Below, in pieces: positions 19,781 to 30,192 of a stretch of DNA of 59,968 nt. Position numbers and translations under genes: made by a program. The notes beneath the pieces are model-generated. The model worked only from the letters and a program-made list of their open reading frames with translations. It made no database searches and was not told the origin of the DNA. This DNA comes from a virus (Duplodnaviria; Caudoviricetes): the IMG/VR virus record IMGVR_UViG_3300034071_001219, positions 1-59,968 of that record. One strand, 5' to 3'. The first letter of the stretch is position 1. Every line of letters starts with the position of its first letter.

Positions 19781-20600
19781 AACAGTCCCTAATACCTTTT
19801 TCTAATCCATCGTATTCAATACAAGTTATACTATTGGCAGATCCACAATATGGATACTCAACATAACTTCCCTGTTTTATAATATTAACCTTATGATCAT
19901 CAAGATTATTAATCATTTCAGCGATTTCACTCAAATAATATTTTTCATTATATACACAGTTAACATCACGAACAAGAGTTTCACTTCCTATCCTCAGAAA
20001 ATAACTGATAATCTTATACAAATCATTTGCATAGATGAAATCTATTTTTCTATCTTTGAATATTCGAATATCTTTCCCATTAATATAGTTGTTAATATTA
20101 GTATTGAAGAACCTGCTAGATTCTTCATAAGGACCAAAACACCCAAAGATACGAAGGTTGATACCTTTCGGATTATCTAAAACCCTCTTAGCAATACAAT
20201 ACTTGGAGAATCCATATTTGTCCGCTGGAATAATCTGACCGAAGTTTTCTGGAGATGGTTCTTCTACTGGGGATGGACGACCATAAGATGCCCCACTATC
20301 TAGATTAATAAACAAAGTAGTCTTATCAATATGCCTAAAAAGATTTTCGAACATATTCATATTAGTATAGAACACGGACGATCCATCTTCAATTTCTCTA
20401 CGACCACCTATTATTGCACCATGAATAATAGCATCATATTTCTGGTTTTTAAATAAGGAATCAACTTCACTGGTTACTTCCAACCTAACTTGGTGAGATC
20501 TTGGTCTAACAATCTCCCATCCCTCCTGCTCTAAAAGAGGAACAATCTGGCGACCAATAAAACCATTGCCGCCAGTAAAAAGAATTTTACCCTTTTTCAT
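19764..20600 (-). CDS. NAD-dependent epimerase/dehydratase (SDR, probable sugar ketoreductase)
   Basis: TGGNGFIG and YGFSK (YxxxK). Confidence 0.88.
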   Translation of the reverse strand: MKKGKILFTGGNGFIGRQIVPLLEQEGWEIVRPRSHQVRLEVTSEVDSLFKNQKYDAIIHGAIIGGRREIEDGSSVFYTNMNMFENLFRHIDKTTLFINLDSGASYGRPSPVEEPSPENFGQIIPADKYGFSKYCIAKRVLDNPKGINLRIFGCFGPYEESSRFFNTNINNYINGKDIRIFKDRKIDFIYANDLYKIISYFLRIGSETLVRDVNCVYNEKYYLSEIAEMINNLDDHKVNIIKQGSYVEYPYCGSANSITCIEYDGLEKGIRDCYDYYK

Positions 20601-21453
20601 ACTTCCAACTAGAATCACTTAACAACTTTTCAAGTTCTTCATCTTTAATTTCATAGAAGTTTTCTTCAGCAGGAAACTTCAAATCACGAACTTCATTTAC
20701 ATAATCAGTTAGAGCAGATTGGATAAGTTGACCCGCCTCACAATAACGTTTGACAAACTTAGATTTAAACTCCCAGAAGAGTCCGATTAAATCGTGCATA
20801 ATCACAAGTTGTCCATCAACCTTATCACCAGCACCAATACCATAAACAGGAATATCAAGATTTTCTGCAATCATAGCAGCAGATTCTCTAGGCATTGCTT
20901 CCAGAAGAAGAAATGAGCATCCAGCATCTTGAAGTCTCAGTGCTTGATCAAGAATAACTTTTGCTTGATCTGCCGTTTTACCCTGAACTTTATAACCACC
21001 AAGTTTTGCCCTTGTATGTGGGGTCAATCCAAGATGACTCATTACCATAATGCCAGCACTACAAATCGCTTTTACACGATCAACCATACACCCCTCAACC
21101 TTAACTGCATCCATTCCTGCTTGAATGAAAGCACCCGCATTAGTGATTGCATCCTCATTAGAGATTTGATACGACATATAAGGAAGATCTCCAACAGTAA
21201 ATGCACGATTTACTCCACGGGATACTGCTCTTGCTGAACGAAGCATATCATCCATTGTTACTGGAATAGTAGTCGAATACCCCAAGGTTGTCATCCCTAG
21301 GGAATCACCAACAAGAATCCAATCTACTCCAGCATTGTCTGCCATAAGTGCCTGTGGATAATCATATGCGGTGACTCCAACAGTTTTTACTTTGTTTTGT
21401 TTTTGCTTTTGCAACTTAAGAATAGTTACTTTATCTTTATTATCAGCTGGCAT
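20587..21453 (-). CDS. panB: Ketopantoate hydroxymethyltransferase-family enzyme
   Basis: TAYDY, LVGDSLGM, DLPYMSY, AVKVEG, HLGLTP and GIGAG..DGQ motifs. Confidence 0.92.
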   Translation of the reverse strand: MPADNKDKVTILKLQKQKQNKVKTVGVTAYDYPQALMADNAGVDWILVGDSLGMTTLGYSTTIPVTMDDMLRSARAVSRGVNRAFTVGDLPYMSYQISNEDAITNAGAFIQAGMDAVKVEGCMVDRVKAICSAGIMVMSHLGLTPHTRAKLGGYKVQGKTADQAKVILDQALRLQDAGCSFLLLEAMPRESAAMIAENLDIPVYGIGAGDKVDGQLVIMHDLIGLFWEFKSKFVKRYCEAGQLIQSALTDYVNEVRDLKFPAEENFYEIKDEELEKLLSDSSWKYEKG

Positions 21454-21454
21454 A

Positions 21455-23155
21455 TCAATCTAGGGGGGTTACAATCATGTTAGCATAAAATTCCTCTCTA
21501 GACAAGAAAGGATACATATCTTCCAATGGTTTAGCAGTAACTGTACCATCTTCATTCTTTTTACCCATAAGAGTAGGAACAACTTCCTGCCACTTCTGAC
21601 ACATCACTTCAACTATCACTGGAGAATCAAATTTAAAAATCATCTTCATCGCATCATCGAACTGTTGATACTTTTCAATCCGCATATAAGGGATCTTATA
21701 TGCATGTGAAATATCTGCAAGGTCTGGGAACGAAATACCACTATCACTATCCGTTCCAATCTCTCTACCCTCAAAGAACTTTTTCTGAGTAGTTCTAATA
21801 GACAAATACCCATCATTATTCCACACAAAAAGTTTGATAGGTAGTTTATGATGAATGATAGTCTGAAGTTCTTGAATGTTCATTTGAAGAGAACCATCAC
21901 CAGTAACTCCAATTACAGATTTAGCACCTGCAAAAGACGCCCCAATACAAGCAGGAATTGTGAATCCCATTTCTGCTTGGGCACTTGTAGTTACATAGCG
22001 ATCATCACCTTTAATACCAACTGCTTGAGAACAAACATAATAGGCAGATCCAGCATCAGAAATAACAACACTACCTTCAGGTTTGTGTTGATTCAGTTTG
22101 CTCATAAAGTCATAAAGATTAATACCATCTTTATCAGATTCATAAGGAGGAGTGATTGTCCACCTTTTCCTCCAGTCTAAACATTTTTCTTGCCATTCGG
22201 AAGATTCGGAAGAAATACAATAAGAATCAAAGAACTCTCTGAGATCCATATGAATAAACTTATCAATCTTAATAGTATTCTTCGAATGCTCATCAGCATC
22301 AATATCAACTACAACTACCTTTGCACCTCTAGCAAACTGACTATAGTTATATCCAGTAACAGGAACTGGGAGACGACATCCAAGGACCAAAAGAAGATCG
22401 CAGTTTTGCATTGCGAAGTTTCCTGCTCTAGTTCCTTTGATCCCAACTCTTCCAACAAAGTAAGCATCATCAGACTCAATCAAGTCAACTGCATTGAAAG
22501 AAGTGACAACAGGAATCTTGGACTCATGAACATAATTCCTAAACTCCTGCTTAGAGATTCCTGCGCAGTTAATGCCATTGCCCGCAAGAATCAAAGGTCT
22601 TTTTGCAGACTTAACTTCTTCAACAAGATCAAAAAGATTCATTGACGCTCCTTGAAGATCCATTGGAACATCAATCCAAACAGGACCAGGACGACCTGTT
22701 GTTGCTTGTTTGATTGCTTCTTGGACTACACTTTCAACCTCATCAACACTCTCAATAATCTTAGAAAACTTAGTGATTGGTTTTACAATCTCAACAATGT
22801 TCGCTTCTTGAACTCCAAGATTACGAACTCCTTTCGGAGAAATCTGATTGAGATTCACATTGCCAGAGATAAAAATCACAGGAACACTGTCTTGCCAAGC
22901 ATCCAGAAGACCCGTGATTGTATTAGTACCACCACATCCGGTGGTAGGGCATACAGCAGCAACACTACCTGTATATTTTGCATAAGCAACTGCTGCCATA
23001 GCAGATGCTTGTTCGTGATGATTACAAACTGCTTTAATTCTTGGATGAGAAGCAATCGCATCATTCAAAAACATCGCACCACCACCAGTTACAGTGAAAA
23101 TGTGATGAGCACCTGCCTTATAAACTTGATCGATAATGTAATCTACTACTCTCAT
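21455..23155 (-). CDS. ThDP-dependent enzyme (acetolactate synthase/YerE-like)
   Basis: GGGAMFLND, HHEQA, GRPGPVW, GDGS..MNIQEL and NNDGYLSIR motifs. Confidence 0.9.
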   Translation of the reverse strand: MRVVDYIIDQVYKAGAHHIFTVTGGGAMFLNDAIASHPRIKAVCNHHEQASAMAAVAYAKYTGSVAAVCPTTGCGGTNTITGLLDAWQDSVPVIFISGNVNLNQISPKGVRNLGVQEANIVEIVKPITKFSKIIESVDEVESVVQEAIKQATTGRPGPVWIDVPMDLQGASMNLFDLVEEVKSAKRPLILAGNGINCAGISKQEFRNYVHESKIPVVTSFNAVDLIESDDAYFVGRVGIKGTRAGNFAMQNCDLLLVLGCRLPVPVTGYNYSQFARGAKVVVVDIDADEHSKNTIKIDKFIHMDLREFFDSYCISSESSEWQEKCLDWRKRWTITPPYESDKDGINLYDFMSKLNQHKPEGSVVISDAGSAYYVCSQAVGIKGDDRYVTTSAQAEMGFTIPACIGASFAGAKSVIGVTGDGSLQMNIQELQTIIHHKLPIKLFVWNNDGYLSIRTTQKKFFEGREIGTDSDSGISFPDLADISHAYKIPYMRIEKYQQFDDAMKMIFKFDSPVIVEVMCQKWQEVVPTLMGKKNEDGTVTAKPLEDMYPFLSREEFYANMIVTPLD

Positions 23156-24459
23156 TTTTCAAAAGTCGAAGTAATGGAACCAATATATTCAATCATTTGA
23201 TCAGTAATAGTTGGCGAACATCCAACGAAGAAAACAAGATCAAGAACCTTACAAGCATTTGGATAGTTCTTGTAGTAATCAAGGTGACTATAACCAGGAT
23301 GCATAAGAATATTACCAGCAAAATAGTTTCTAGTTTGAATCTTATTTGATTCAAGATGTTGAGTCAGTTTATTCTTAGTTTCTTTAGAATCACAGACAAT
23401 CGGAACACCAAACCAACTAGTCTCTGCCCGAGAAAGTTCGTTAATACTACGAACTCCAGGAATCTTCTCAAAGTGTTCTTGAATTTTTACTTTGTTCAAT
23501 CTGCGGAGGTAATGAATCTCTTCAAACTTTTCAATCTGAACTGACCCCAGAGCACCTTGAAAATCCATCGGTTTGAGATTATATCCCATTTCACTATAGA
23601 CATATTTGTGGTCAATGATGCCATCATATTTTTCAATCCACTTATCAAATCTCTTACCACAAACGCCACAAGAGAGAAGATTCTGAGCGCCTACACAATA
23701 ACAATCACGACCCCACCAAGCAAGACTGCGAGCAATGTTAATAAGTTCTTCATCATCACTAGAAACCATTCCACCTTCACCAGTGCAAATATGATGCGCT
23801 GGATAGAAAGAACAAGATGCCGCAATAGAATAATCAGTTAGATATTGATCGTTCCACTTACTACCAAGAGAATCGCAGTTATCCGAGATCAGATAGATTT
23901 TATTCCTTTCGCAGATATCAATAACTTGATCAAGGTTATATGGATTTCCAAGAACAGGAGAAGAAATAATACCACGAGTACGAGTAGTAATCTTATCCTC
24001 AATCTCATTAATATCCCAGTTGAGATCTGAGAAATCAATGTCAACAAATACGGGTTTTAAACCAGTCTGAACAATAGGTGCGATCGTAGTTGGAAACCCC
24101 ACGCAAGAAACAATAATTTCGTCGCCATCTTGCCAACCAAACCTTTTCTTTAGAGCAGACATCATAATCAGGTTAGCAGAACTACCTGAGTTGACCATCA
24201 AAGAGTGTTTTTTGTTGAACTTTTTTGAGAACGTATTTTCAAACTTACGCACTTCCTCACCTGAAGCAAGCCACTTACCTGCAAGAAAAGACTTAAGAAT
24301 CACACCAATCTCTTCATTAGTCCAGAAAGGACCAGAATAATAAACAGGAGATTCTCCAGGAACAAACTCCCCACTGTTAGCAAGATATGGAAAAAGATCT
24401 TCTTCAGTTGATGTAATGTTTTGAAGAAAATCTTGGATTAAAGTATTGATGTTGCTCAT
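23152..24459 (-). CDS. rfbH: NDP-4-keto-6-deoxyhexose 3-dehydrase (RfbH/DdhC/E1 type; PMP + Fe-S)
   Basis: VNSGSSANL, SFYPAHHI.TGEGG (His in place of the Schiff-base Lys), GRDCYC...CG cluster, HKYVY..GYNLK. Confidence 0.85.
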   Translation of the reverse strand: MSNINTLIQDFLQNITSTEEDLFPYLANSGEFVPGESPVYYSGPFWTNEEIGVILKSFLAGKWLASGEEVRKFENTFSKKFNKKHSLMVNSGSSANLIMMSALKKRFGWQDGDEIIVSCVGFPTTIAPIVQTGLKPVFVDIDFSDLNWDINEIEDKITTRTRGIISSPVLGNPYNLDQVIDICERNKIYLISDNCDSLGSKWNDQYLTDYSIAASCSFYPAHHICTGEGGMVSSDDEELINIARSLAWWGRDCYCVGAQNLLSCGVCGKRFDKWIEKYDGIIDHKYVYSEMGYNLKPMDFQGALGSVQIEKFEEIHYLRRLNKVKIQEHFEKIPGVRSINELSRAETSWFGVPIVCDSKETKNKLTQHLESNKIQTRNYFAGNILMHPGYSHLDYYKNYPNACKVLDLVFFVGCSPTITDQMIEYIGSITSTFEK

Positions 24460-24461
24460 AG

Positions 24462-25313
24462 TTATTTTGTGATTTGATCAATGTAATCTAGTGCCTCTTG
24501 GCTTACAGCAGTTCTAAACCATTTACGGAGACCTCCGTTGGTTTTATTCACTTCTGCTGCCAAAGATCCACCAGCTTGATGTAGTACTTTAACTACCATT
24601 CTATCACCATTTACAGGATCGTCAAGACATAACTGACCATCTTGCACATACAAATTTCTCCAACTATCCCAATGAGTTTCATCTCCCCAAGTGTTACATA
24701 CCCCATAGGAAAGACCAGTTCCCATTAGATCAATAACCTTTGCCGAATATTTTCCACAGTGAAATAGTTGATTCAAAGTGTCTTGTTCATCCCCAAGTCC
24801 GTGAAAATAAGGATCAACTTCAGTCTTGATTCTATATGCTTCTTTGTTTAGATTGTGCCAGTCACACCAAAACTCTTTATTGTTTGAAGCAATCAAACCA
24901 GCATTAATAAACTGTTGTACTGGAATAGGACTACCATTACCAAATGGAGGTAAATGTGCAATCGTGATTCCTTGATGGGAACTTGCTTTACCCAATGAGT
25001 TATTGTTTCTTACTCCAATAATATCTTCATCACTTTCAAATAACTCAGTCAGTGGTCCAGTAACAACGGAGTCTCCATCAATATGAACCACCATATCATA
25101 GTCTTCAATGAATGGTATACAAGTTGGTGCCATCATCCAAACAGGTTGAAGCCAAGGATCAGTTACCTTTGCTTCATCTGTCATCTTAGAATCAAAAATA
25201 AAAAAGTCAATGTCTGGATGAAAGTGTTTAAAAGATTTAACCAGATCTTGAACTCCGATCAAATCAACATAATCATCAGTACACCAAGTGGATACTGCAA
25301 TTCTCTTAGACAT
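24462..25313 (-). CDS. Glycosyltransferase (GT8-like, GT-A)
   Basis: HIDGDSVV DxD motif, FINAGL and EQDTLN. Confidence 0.7.
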   Translation of the reverse strand: MSKRIAVSTWCTDDYVDLIGVQDLVKSFKHFHPDIDFFIFDSKMTDEAKVTDPWLQPVWMMAPTCIPFIEDYDMVVHIDGDSVVTGPLTELFESDEDIIGVRNNNSLGKASSHQGITIAHLPPFGNGSPIPVQQFINAGLIASNNKEFWCDWHNLNKEAYRIKTEVDPYFHGLGDEQDTLNQLFHCGKYSAKVIDLMGTGLSYGVCNTWGDETHWDSWRNLYVQDGQLCLDDPVNGDRMVVKVLHQAGGSLAAEVNKTNGGLRKWFRTAVSQEALDYIDQITK

Positions 25314-25315
25314 AA

Positions 25316-25687
25316 TCAGTTATATTTGGGAAGGATCTTTTGCTCTTTTACCTGACTATTAGTGAGTTGATTGATCTCGTTCTTTACATAGAATCTCTGA
25401 TCATTGTTATGATAAACATCCCTTGCAAGTTGGATAAAGGTTTCATCAAAAACTTTATTCTTTTCACAGTTACGAATATTATCCTCAACATCCCAAATAG
25501 TTTTATTCACATCCCTAAGAGAATCAATCAGATTTTGAGGAACATTCAGTTCTTCAACAATAGGAGTGAGATAGTTCAGTTCATATTCAATGTTTTTGAG
25601 TTTCTCCTCACTATCACACTTTTCTTTTTTGATTTCAAGAATCGTCATTTTATCTACGATTTCACCAACAGATACTTCAATCCTCAT
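25316..25687 (-). CDS. DUF6165-like protein associated with sugar clusters
   Basis: VSVGEIVDKMTILEIK ... WDVED ... F.LARDVY.NND.R. Confidence 0.7.
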   Translation of the reverse strand: MRIEVSVGEIVDKMTILEIKKEKCDSEEKLKNIEYELNYLTPIVEELNVPQNLIDSLRDVNKTIWDVEDNIRNCEKNKVFDETFIQLARDVYHNNDQRFYVKNEINQLTNSQVKEQKILPKYN

Positions 25688-25699
25688 TTTTCCTCCTAA

Positions 25700-26476
25700 T
25701 CATTTCCATTTATTGAAGGGATATGTATCCCAATTTTTTGCTAGATATTCCTCACCGAAAAGTTTGGTTCCAACATTTCCATCTTTGAATGGTGGCAGTT
25801 CTCTACCTCTCCTAACAAATAGAGAATCTCCCCACATTTCTCTTTGATATGAAGAAGACATTTCCCTAAGTTCAAAACCCCTTTCATCCAACCATTGCAC
25901 AATCTCTTCGTGCGATACGCCAGATTTATGCCTATCATCAAGTGTTGTTTCCAAATCAACAACATTGATATGATCAAGATATTTTTCAAATCCAATCAAG
26001 ACATCAAGTTCTGCACCCTCAACATCAATATTCAAGAAGTCATACTCATTCATATCAATGCCATTTTCTTCAATCACAGTTGCAAGAGTCTTAGTCTTAA
26101 CTTTGATTGAGTTCACTTTATTCCATTCAGGAAGTCCTTGATAAAAACTTGAACCATGCTCAGCAAAGTAAAAGTTTTTGACACAGTTATCTTCACGATA
26201 AACAAACTCATTAAAGATTTGAAATCCCCATTTATCAGCAACTGGTTTTGCCATATTCTGATAGATGTTTGGATTTGCTTCTACACCTACAACTTTATTA
26301 CCAAAAAGTTTAGTATAGCATCCATATTCGATAAAGTCCCAAAGACCAACGTGAATCACACCTTTGGGTTGAACATTAATTCTTTCAAAGATTCCAGTGT
26401 ATTCTGCTGTGGGATTATCCCAAACCGCATATCCCGTCTCTTTATTCCAAGAAGCATAAGGACCTAACATACTCAT
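25700..26476 (-). CDS. FkbM-family methyltransferase
   Basis: VIHVG, VEANP and FLNIDVEGAELDVL motifs. Confidence 0.88.
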   Translation of the reverse strand: MSMLGPYASWNKETGYAVWDNPTAEYTGIFERINVQPKGVIHVGLWDFIEYGCYTKLFGNKVVGVEANPNIYQNMAKPVADKWGFQIFNEFVYREDNCVKNFYFAEHGSSFYQGLPEWNKVNSIKVKTKTLATVIEENGIDMNEYDFLNIDVEGAELDVLIGFEKYLDHINVVDLETTLDDRHKSGVSHEEIVQWLDERGFELREMSSSYQREMWGDSLFVRRGRELPPFKDGNVGTKLFGEEYLAKNWDTYPFNKWK

Positions 26477-27276
26477 GAGAAATACCTCCCATAGATATAA
26501 TCTTCTAAAATTTCCATTTCCTTTGCCTTTTCAAGATTTTCTTTTATGGCATCCATCTTACTATAATAGATTTCATCCGATACCTCAAACTCTTCAGTAA
26601 GATCAATGATTCCATCTTTATTAAAGTAATCACCAATATCAGGAGCACCCAGATAAACAGGAATAGTGCCCGTGGCAAAACAATCTAGAAGTTTTTCCGT
26701 AAAGTAAGTTCCATATTGTCCATTCTCAATGGCAACAGAGAACATATAATCACAGAGACCTTCTTCCTTATTTGCGATTTCTTTAAATCCCCTTCCATAC
26801 ATATCAACTTGCCCCCACAGTCTTTCTACCCATTCAAGGCGAAGTTTATGACCTTCACACATAGTCTTGTTAGATGAGATCATAGAAATCATCTTTGTTT
26901 TATCATAGATTTTTGGATCTTGAATCCAAAATCCTTGAGCAGGACACCACTTAAACTTTGGATCAATGGCAAGAAGATCTTGATTGTGGGTAAAGATTGC
27001 ATCAAAAGTTTCAAGATATTTTTCAGGAAACATCCTCACAGAATCTACGATCTGCGGAGTGATGTATTTGGACTCAAGTAACCAACCATATTTTGGTCCA
27101 GGAATGTCGTCTATTTCAGCTTGTCCTAAAGTACTGTCAATATAAAAAGTTGCCTCTCCACTACCGTCCTTGACCCATTCAATATATTTTGACTCTTTCC
27201 CGTGAACAGAGTATCCTTTATTTCCGTTCGTAAGATGAGTAAATGTATTTCCTACAAGATTAAACTTCGTTTTCAT
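26473..27276 (-). CDS. GT10 (alpha-1,3-fucosyltransferase-like)
   Basis: YMFSVAIEN...YFTEKLLDCFATGTIPVYLG. Confidence 0.88.
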   Translation of the reverse strand: MKTKFNLVGNTFTHLTNGNKGYSVHGKESKYIEWVKDGSGEATFYIDSTLGQAEIDDIPGPKYGWLLESKYITPQIVDSVRMFPEKYLETFDAIFTHNQDLLAIDPKFKWCPAQGFWIQDPKIYDKTKMISMISSNKTMCEGHKLRLEWVERLWGQVDMYGRGFKEIANKEEGLCDYMFSVAIENGQYGTYFTEKLLDCFATGTIPVYLGAPDIGDYFNKDGIIDLTEEFEVSDEIYYSKMDAIKENLEKAKEMEILEDYIYGRYFS

Positions 27277-28202
27277 GGTACAATCAAATCTAATTGTTTA
27301 ATATCAAACTTTGATAACTTAATATCTATAAGATTTTTTGTAAAGGGTCCTTCGCCAAGTTTGCAATACTCATAAAGTGCTCTTGTCGGATCTGGCATAT
27401 TAGGATCTTCATAATCAATAAAGAGCATAAGTTTTAAACAACTAAGATACTTAAACAAATCAAAGATACCAGAACACTGACCAATAATAATAAGGTTCTG
27501 ATGTCTCACAACATAATCTAAAAGATCTTGCAGTTCATACTTGTCTAGTGGTTCAGTTCCTTCAAATGTCTTTTGATTCTTGAAGACATTTGTTTTCTTT
27601 GTCATATTAACGATTACTTTGTATCCCTTCTCCTTCATCTTGGATACAATGTTTTCCCAAAAAGAATCATTGAGTTGATAACTATCACCTCGTTCTGGAA
27701 AAAGAATACAAGTTTTTTCTTCAATATCCTTTGTAGCATTTAGATCATACTCATAAATCTTCTGAAGAATACCAGTATTATGAATATTGTTCAGATGGTC
27801 CCAATCCTTAAAAGGCATATGAGCAACTTTCAACTTGCCATATGTATGTGCATTCTGCACGATTTGTGGATCTTGTGGATAAAATCCATTGCAAGACATT
27901 AAGACTTCTTCTTGATCAATTGGATATCCTTTATAAACCTGGAAATCATCTGGATAAATGACAATCTCCTCACACTTATGAGGAGAAGGAACATAGTTAT
28001 CGAGAATAAACTTGATTCCATTATAGATTCGCTTTTGGCACAGAATCTTATATGGAACAGGAGACCTTGACTCCAAGAATAGAGTTGCAGCAGTTGCGTC
28101 CCCCATTCCCCAACACATTAAGTACCAGTTTTCATTTTGGAAGATCGACTTATCAAGATTCAAAGTTTCTTCAAAGGTTATTTCTCTTACAATCACTGAC
28201 AT
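27273..28202 (-). CDS. Hypothetical protein in the sugar island (possible GT-B)
   Basis: GMGD motif near the N-terminus; coupled to its neighbours. Confidence 0.55.
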   Translation of the reverse strand: MSVIVREITFEETLNLDKSIFQNENWYLMCWGMGDATAATLFLESRSPVPYKILCQKRIYNGIKFILDNYVPSPHKCEEIVIYPDDFQVYKGYPIDQEEVLMSCNGFYPQDPQIVQNAHTYGKLKVAHMPFKDWDHLNNIHNTGILQKIYEYDLNATKDIEEKTCILFPERGDSYQLNDSFWENIVSKMKEKGYKVIVNMTKKTNVFKNQKTFEGTEPLDKYELQDLLDYVVRHQNLIIIGQCSGIFDLFKYLSCLKLMLFIDYEDPNMPDPTRALYEYCKLGEGPFTKNLIDIKLSKFDIKQLDLIVP

Positions 28203-29083
28203 AAAATATTCTCCAAAATGCCAAAACTTTCCTGTGTTGTATGACTATGAATGTTTGTTGCTTTATAAAGTTTTTTATTAAACCAAATTTCTAAATCTGG
28301 TTTATGAGTATTATCCTGTGTTTGAGTAATCAAGATTTTATTCTCATCCTCAACATTATCATTATGCATTGAAGAAGCAACCGCTGCACCACTAAATCTA
28401 CCAACTATTATATCACAAAAAATACTTAAATACGAGTTGTGTAATATGTCCGAAGGATATTTTCCAAAAACATCTGGGGTATAAAAAATATTTTTATTGG
28501 TAACTTCCTTCGACTCTTTATTAGTATAATAAAAGTCCCAATCTTTATTTTGGTTTGATAGTTTAAGTATTCTATCCAACCAATCTTCATTATCAGTCTG
28601 TCCAGATTTACCTTTATGGTTCAGAAATAAAACTTTCTTTCTACCATTATCCTTTAGGGATTTGATTTTGTTTACAGATTCTTTATCAAGGATGGATTCA
28701 TAATCAAAGTTAATACCCAAGTTATCAGGAACTATAATATCAAACCCATGTTTCCTAAAAATAAAATTCCAGGCACGTCTATGAACAAAGAAAGTGTCCT
28801 CTAGACCTGGAAAAGTTTGATCGGTTTCTGTGTGGGGAATGATTAACTCCGAATATTCCATGTTACATAACCAAGTTGGGATATTAAGATCGCCACATAG
28901 TTCATCAGTAGAAATAAGTCCAGGGACTGTTTTCATGAAAATCTCAGGAAAAACAGTCCCATCAGACCCATAGATGTACTGATAATATTCGTGCTCTGGG
29001 TATTTCTCAACCAGAAGATTGATAAATGGAGCAGCGAATAAAAAGTCACCCAAATGCGCTTCAGTGTAAAAGCAGATCTTCAT
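28193..29083 (-). CDS. Hypothetical protein in the sugar island (possible GT-B)
   Basis: HLGD N-terminal motif, SGQ and CDIIVGRFSG. Confidence 0.55.
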   Translation of the reverse strand: MKICFYTEAHLGDFLFAAPFINLLVEKYPEHEYYQYIYGSDGTVFPEIFMKTVPGLISTDELCGDLNIPTWLCNMEYSELIIPHTETDQTFPGLEDTFFVHRRAWNFIFRKHGFDIIVPDNLGINFDYESILDKESVNKIKSLKDNGRKKVLFLNHKGKSGQTDNEDWLDRILKLSNQNKDWDFYYTNKESKEVTNKNIFYTPDVFGKYPSDILHNSYLSIFCDIIVGRFSGAAVASSMHNDNVEDENKILITQTQDNTHKPDLEIWFNKKLYKATNIHSHTTQESFGILENILCQ

Positions 29084-29085
29084 AC

Positions 29086-30159
29086 TCAGACAGGATGATG
29101 CATAGGAGCATCTTTATAAACTTGAGCATTAATCCACTCATACGTTCTACGAATGCCTTCCTCAAGAGTCATTGTATAATCCCAACCCAGTTTTTCACGA
29201 ATCAAATCGTTATTTGAGTTACGACCACGAACACCAAGAGGACCATCAATATGATTCTTCTCTACATTTTTACCGGATACTTTTGCTGCAGTATCTGCAA
29301 GTTGATTGATTGTAACCATTTCCTCAGAACCAATATTCACTGGACCCTCAAAATCAGATTTCATCAAACGACGAGTTGCTTCAATACACTCCTCAATAAA
29401 CAAGAAGGAACGTGTTTGCTCTCCGTCACCCCAAACATCAATTGTTCCACCACTAGGAGAAAGTTCTGCGACCTTGCGACACATAGCAGCAGGAGATTTT
29501 TCTTTACCACCAGTCCAAGTTCCTTCTGGACCAAAGATATTATGGTAGCGAGCAATCCTTACAGGAATGCCATAGTTACGACTGTAGGAGAGGTACAGAC
29601 GCTCCGAGAACAGTTTCTCCCAACCATACTCAGAGTCGGGTCCTGCAGGATATGCATCAGACTCTTTCAGACCAGGATTGTTCACATCCATCTGTGCATA
29701 CTCGGGGTACATGCAAGCAGAAGATGAATAGAAGATTTTAGTTTTGCTTTCTCCAGTAAAATCATTCAGTTTTCTGACAGAATCCAAAATGTTCAAATTA
29801 ATCAGAGCAGAGTTGTGCATCACATCTGCATCATGATCACCAGTAAAGATATATCCAGCACCACCCATATCGGCAGCAAACTGATAAATCTCATCAAAGG
29901 TTTCAATATACCGAGAAGGTACAAAGTGGTAGTAGTTGCCAGAGTATCCTTTAAACTGAACAACTTTTTCTACAAAAATTTGATCAGTTAGATCACCACG
30001 AATAAACTCATTCGCAGATGAGTTAGAGAATTCGGGATACTTGAGATCAACTCCACGAACCCAGTATCCTTCTTCACGAAGTCTCCTTACCATATAACTT
30101 CCAATAAATCCGCCAGCACCACAAACAAGTGCTGTTTTTTGTTTTTCGCCCATTCGCAA
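29086..30159 (-). CDS. NAD-dependent epimerase (GDP-mannose 3,5-epimerase-like)
   Basis: GAGGFIG, AADMGGAGYI, YSSSACMYP, YGWEKL and GVRGRNS motifs. Confidence 0.88.
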   Translation of the reverse strand: MRMGEKQKTALVCGAGGFIGSYMVRRLREEGYWVRGVDLKYPEFSNSSANEFIRGDLTDQIFVEKVVQFKGYSGNYYHFVPSRYIETFDEIYQFAADMGGAGYIFTGDHDADVMHNSALINLNILDSVRKLNDFTGESKTKIFYSSSACMYPEYAQMDVNNPGLKESDAYPAGPDSEYGWEKLFSERLYLSYSRNYGIPVRIARYHNIFGPEGTWTGGKEKSPAAMCRKVAELSPSGGTIDVWGDGEQTRSFLFIEECIEATRRLMKSDFEGPVNIGSEEMVTINQLADTAAKVSGKNVEKNHIDGPLGVRGRNSNNDLIREKLGWDYTMTLEEGIRRTYEWINAQVYKDAPMHHPV

Positions 30160-30192
30160 ACTCCTTATTTTGATTAAATTTTATTTTATAGT

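Noticed and set aside
20587-23155. PanB + acetolactate synthase as a pantothenate or branched-chain amino acid pathway
   Set aside because: No ilvC, ilvD, panE or panC in the window, and both genes are coupled to sugar dehydrase/reductase genes; kept only as an alternative explanation.
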